In this document: positions 25,739-25,739 of the stretch, one piece after another | Layout of the letters: each line of letters starts with the position of its first letter | Position numbering within the stretch: position 1 is the stretch's first letter | From: Gemmatimonadota bacterium | GTDB lineage: Bacteria; Gemmatimonadota; Gemmatimonadetes; Longimicrobiales; Gaopeijiaceae | Assembly: GCA_039589315.1 (NCBI GenBank) | Contig: JBDHHQ010000060.1 | Span: forward strand, 1 to 25,739 | Direction of reading: 5' to 3' | Length of the DNA: 25,739 nt | Translations under genes and position numbers: made by a program | The notes under the pieces: model-generated | The model's input: only the letters and a program-made list of their open reading frames with translations | Told to the model about the DNA's origin: nothing | The model's database searches: none

Positions 25739-25739
25739 G

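Overview
GC-rich bacterial DNA (roughly two-thirds GC by eye; gene content is reminiscent of Gemmatimonadota/Acidobacteriota, a weak inference). Left, + strand: the 3' part of polyphosphate kinase 1, then a GNAT-GNAT-cNMP-binding fusion. Converging on them, - strand: a four-gene operon encoding a fused 4Fe-4S/NrfD subunit, a Tat-less DMSO-reductase-family molybdoenzyme, a TorD/DmsD chaperone and a SulP-STAS anion transporter. The main feature is a ~15 kb - strand tandem array of seven paralogous ~680-800 aa proteins (R1-R7 in transcription order, 25310->10175). Each has three predicted TM helices, a TolB-like (COG5616-type) core and divergent TPRs, and none has an output domain. The core is near-invariant in six copies; R5 is an outlier. 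The genes are chained by stop/start overlaps, and the only two gaps are each filled by a 24-25 aa mini-ORF overlapping both neighbours by ATGA. A decayed fragment of an eighth copy follows the array. The window ends in the 3' tail of an amidohydrolase gene. All calls come from motif recognition by eye; no searches were run.
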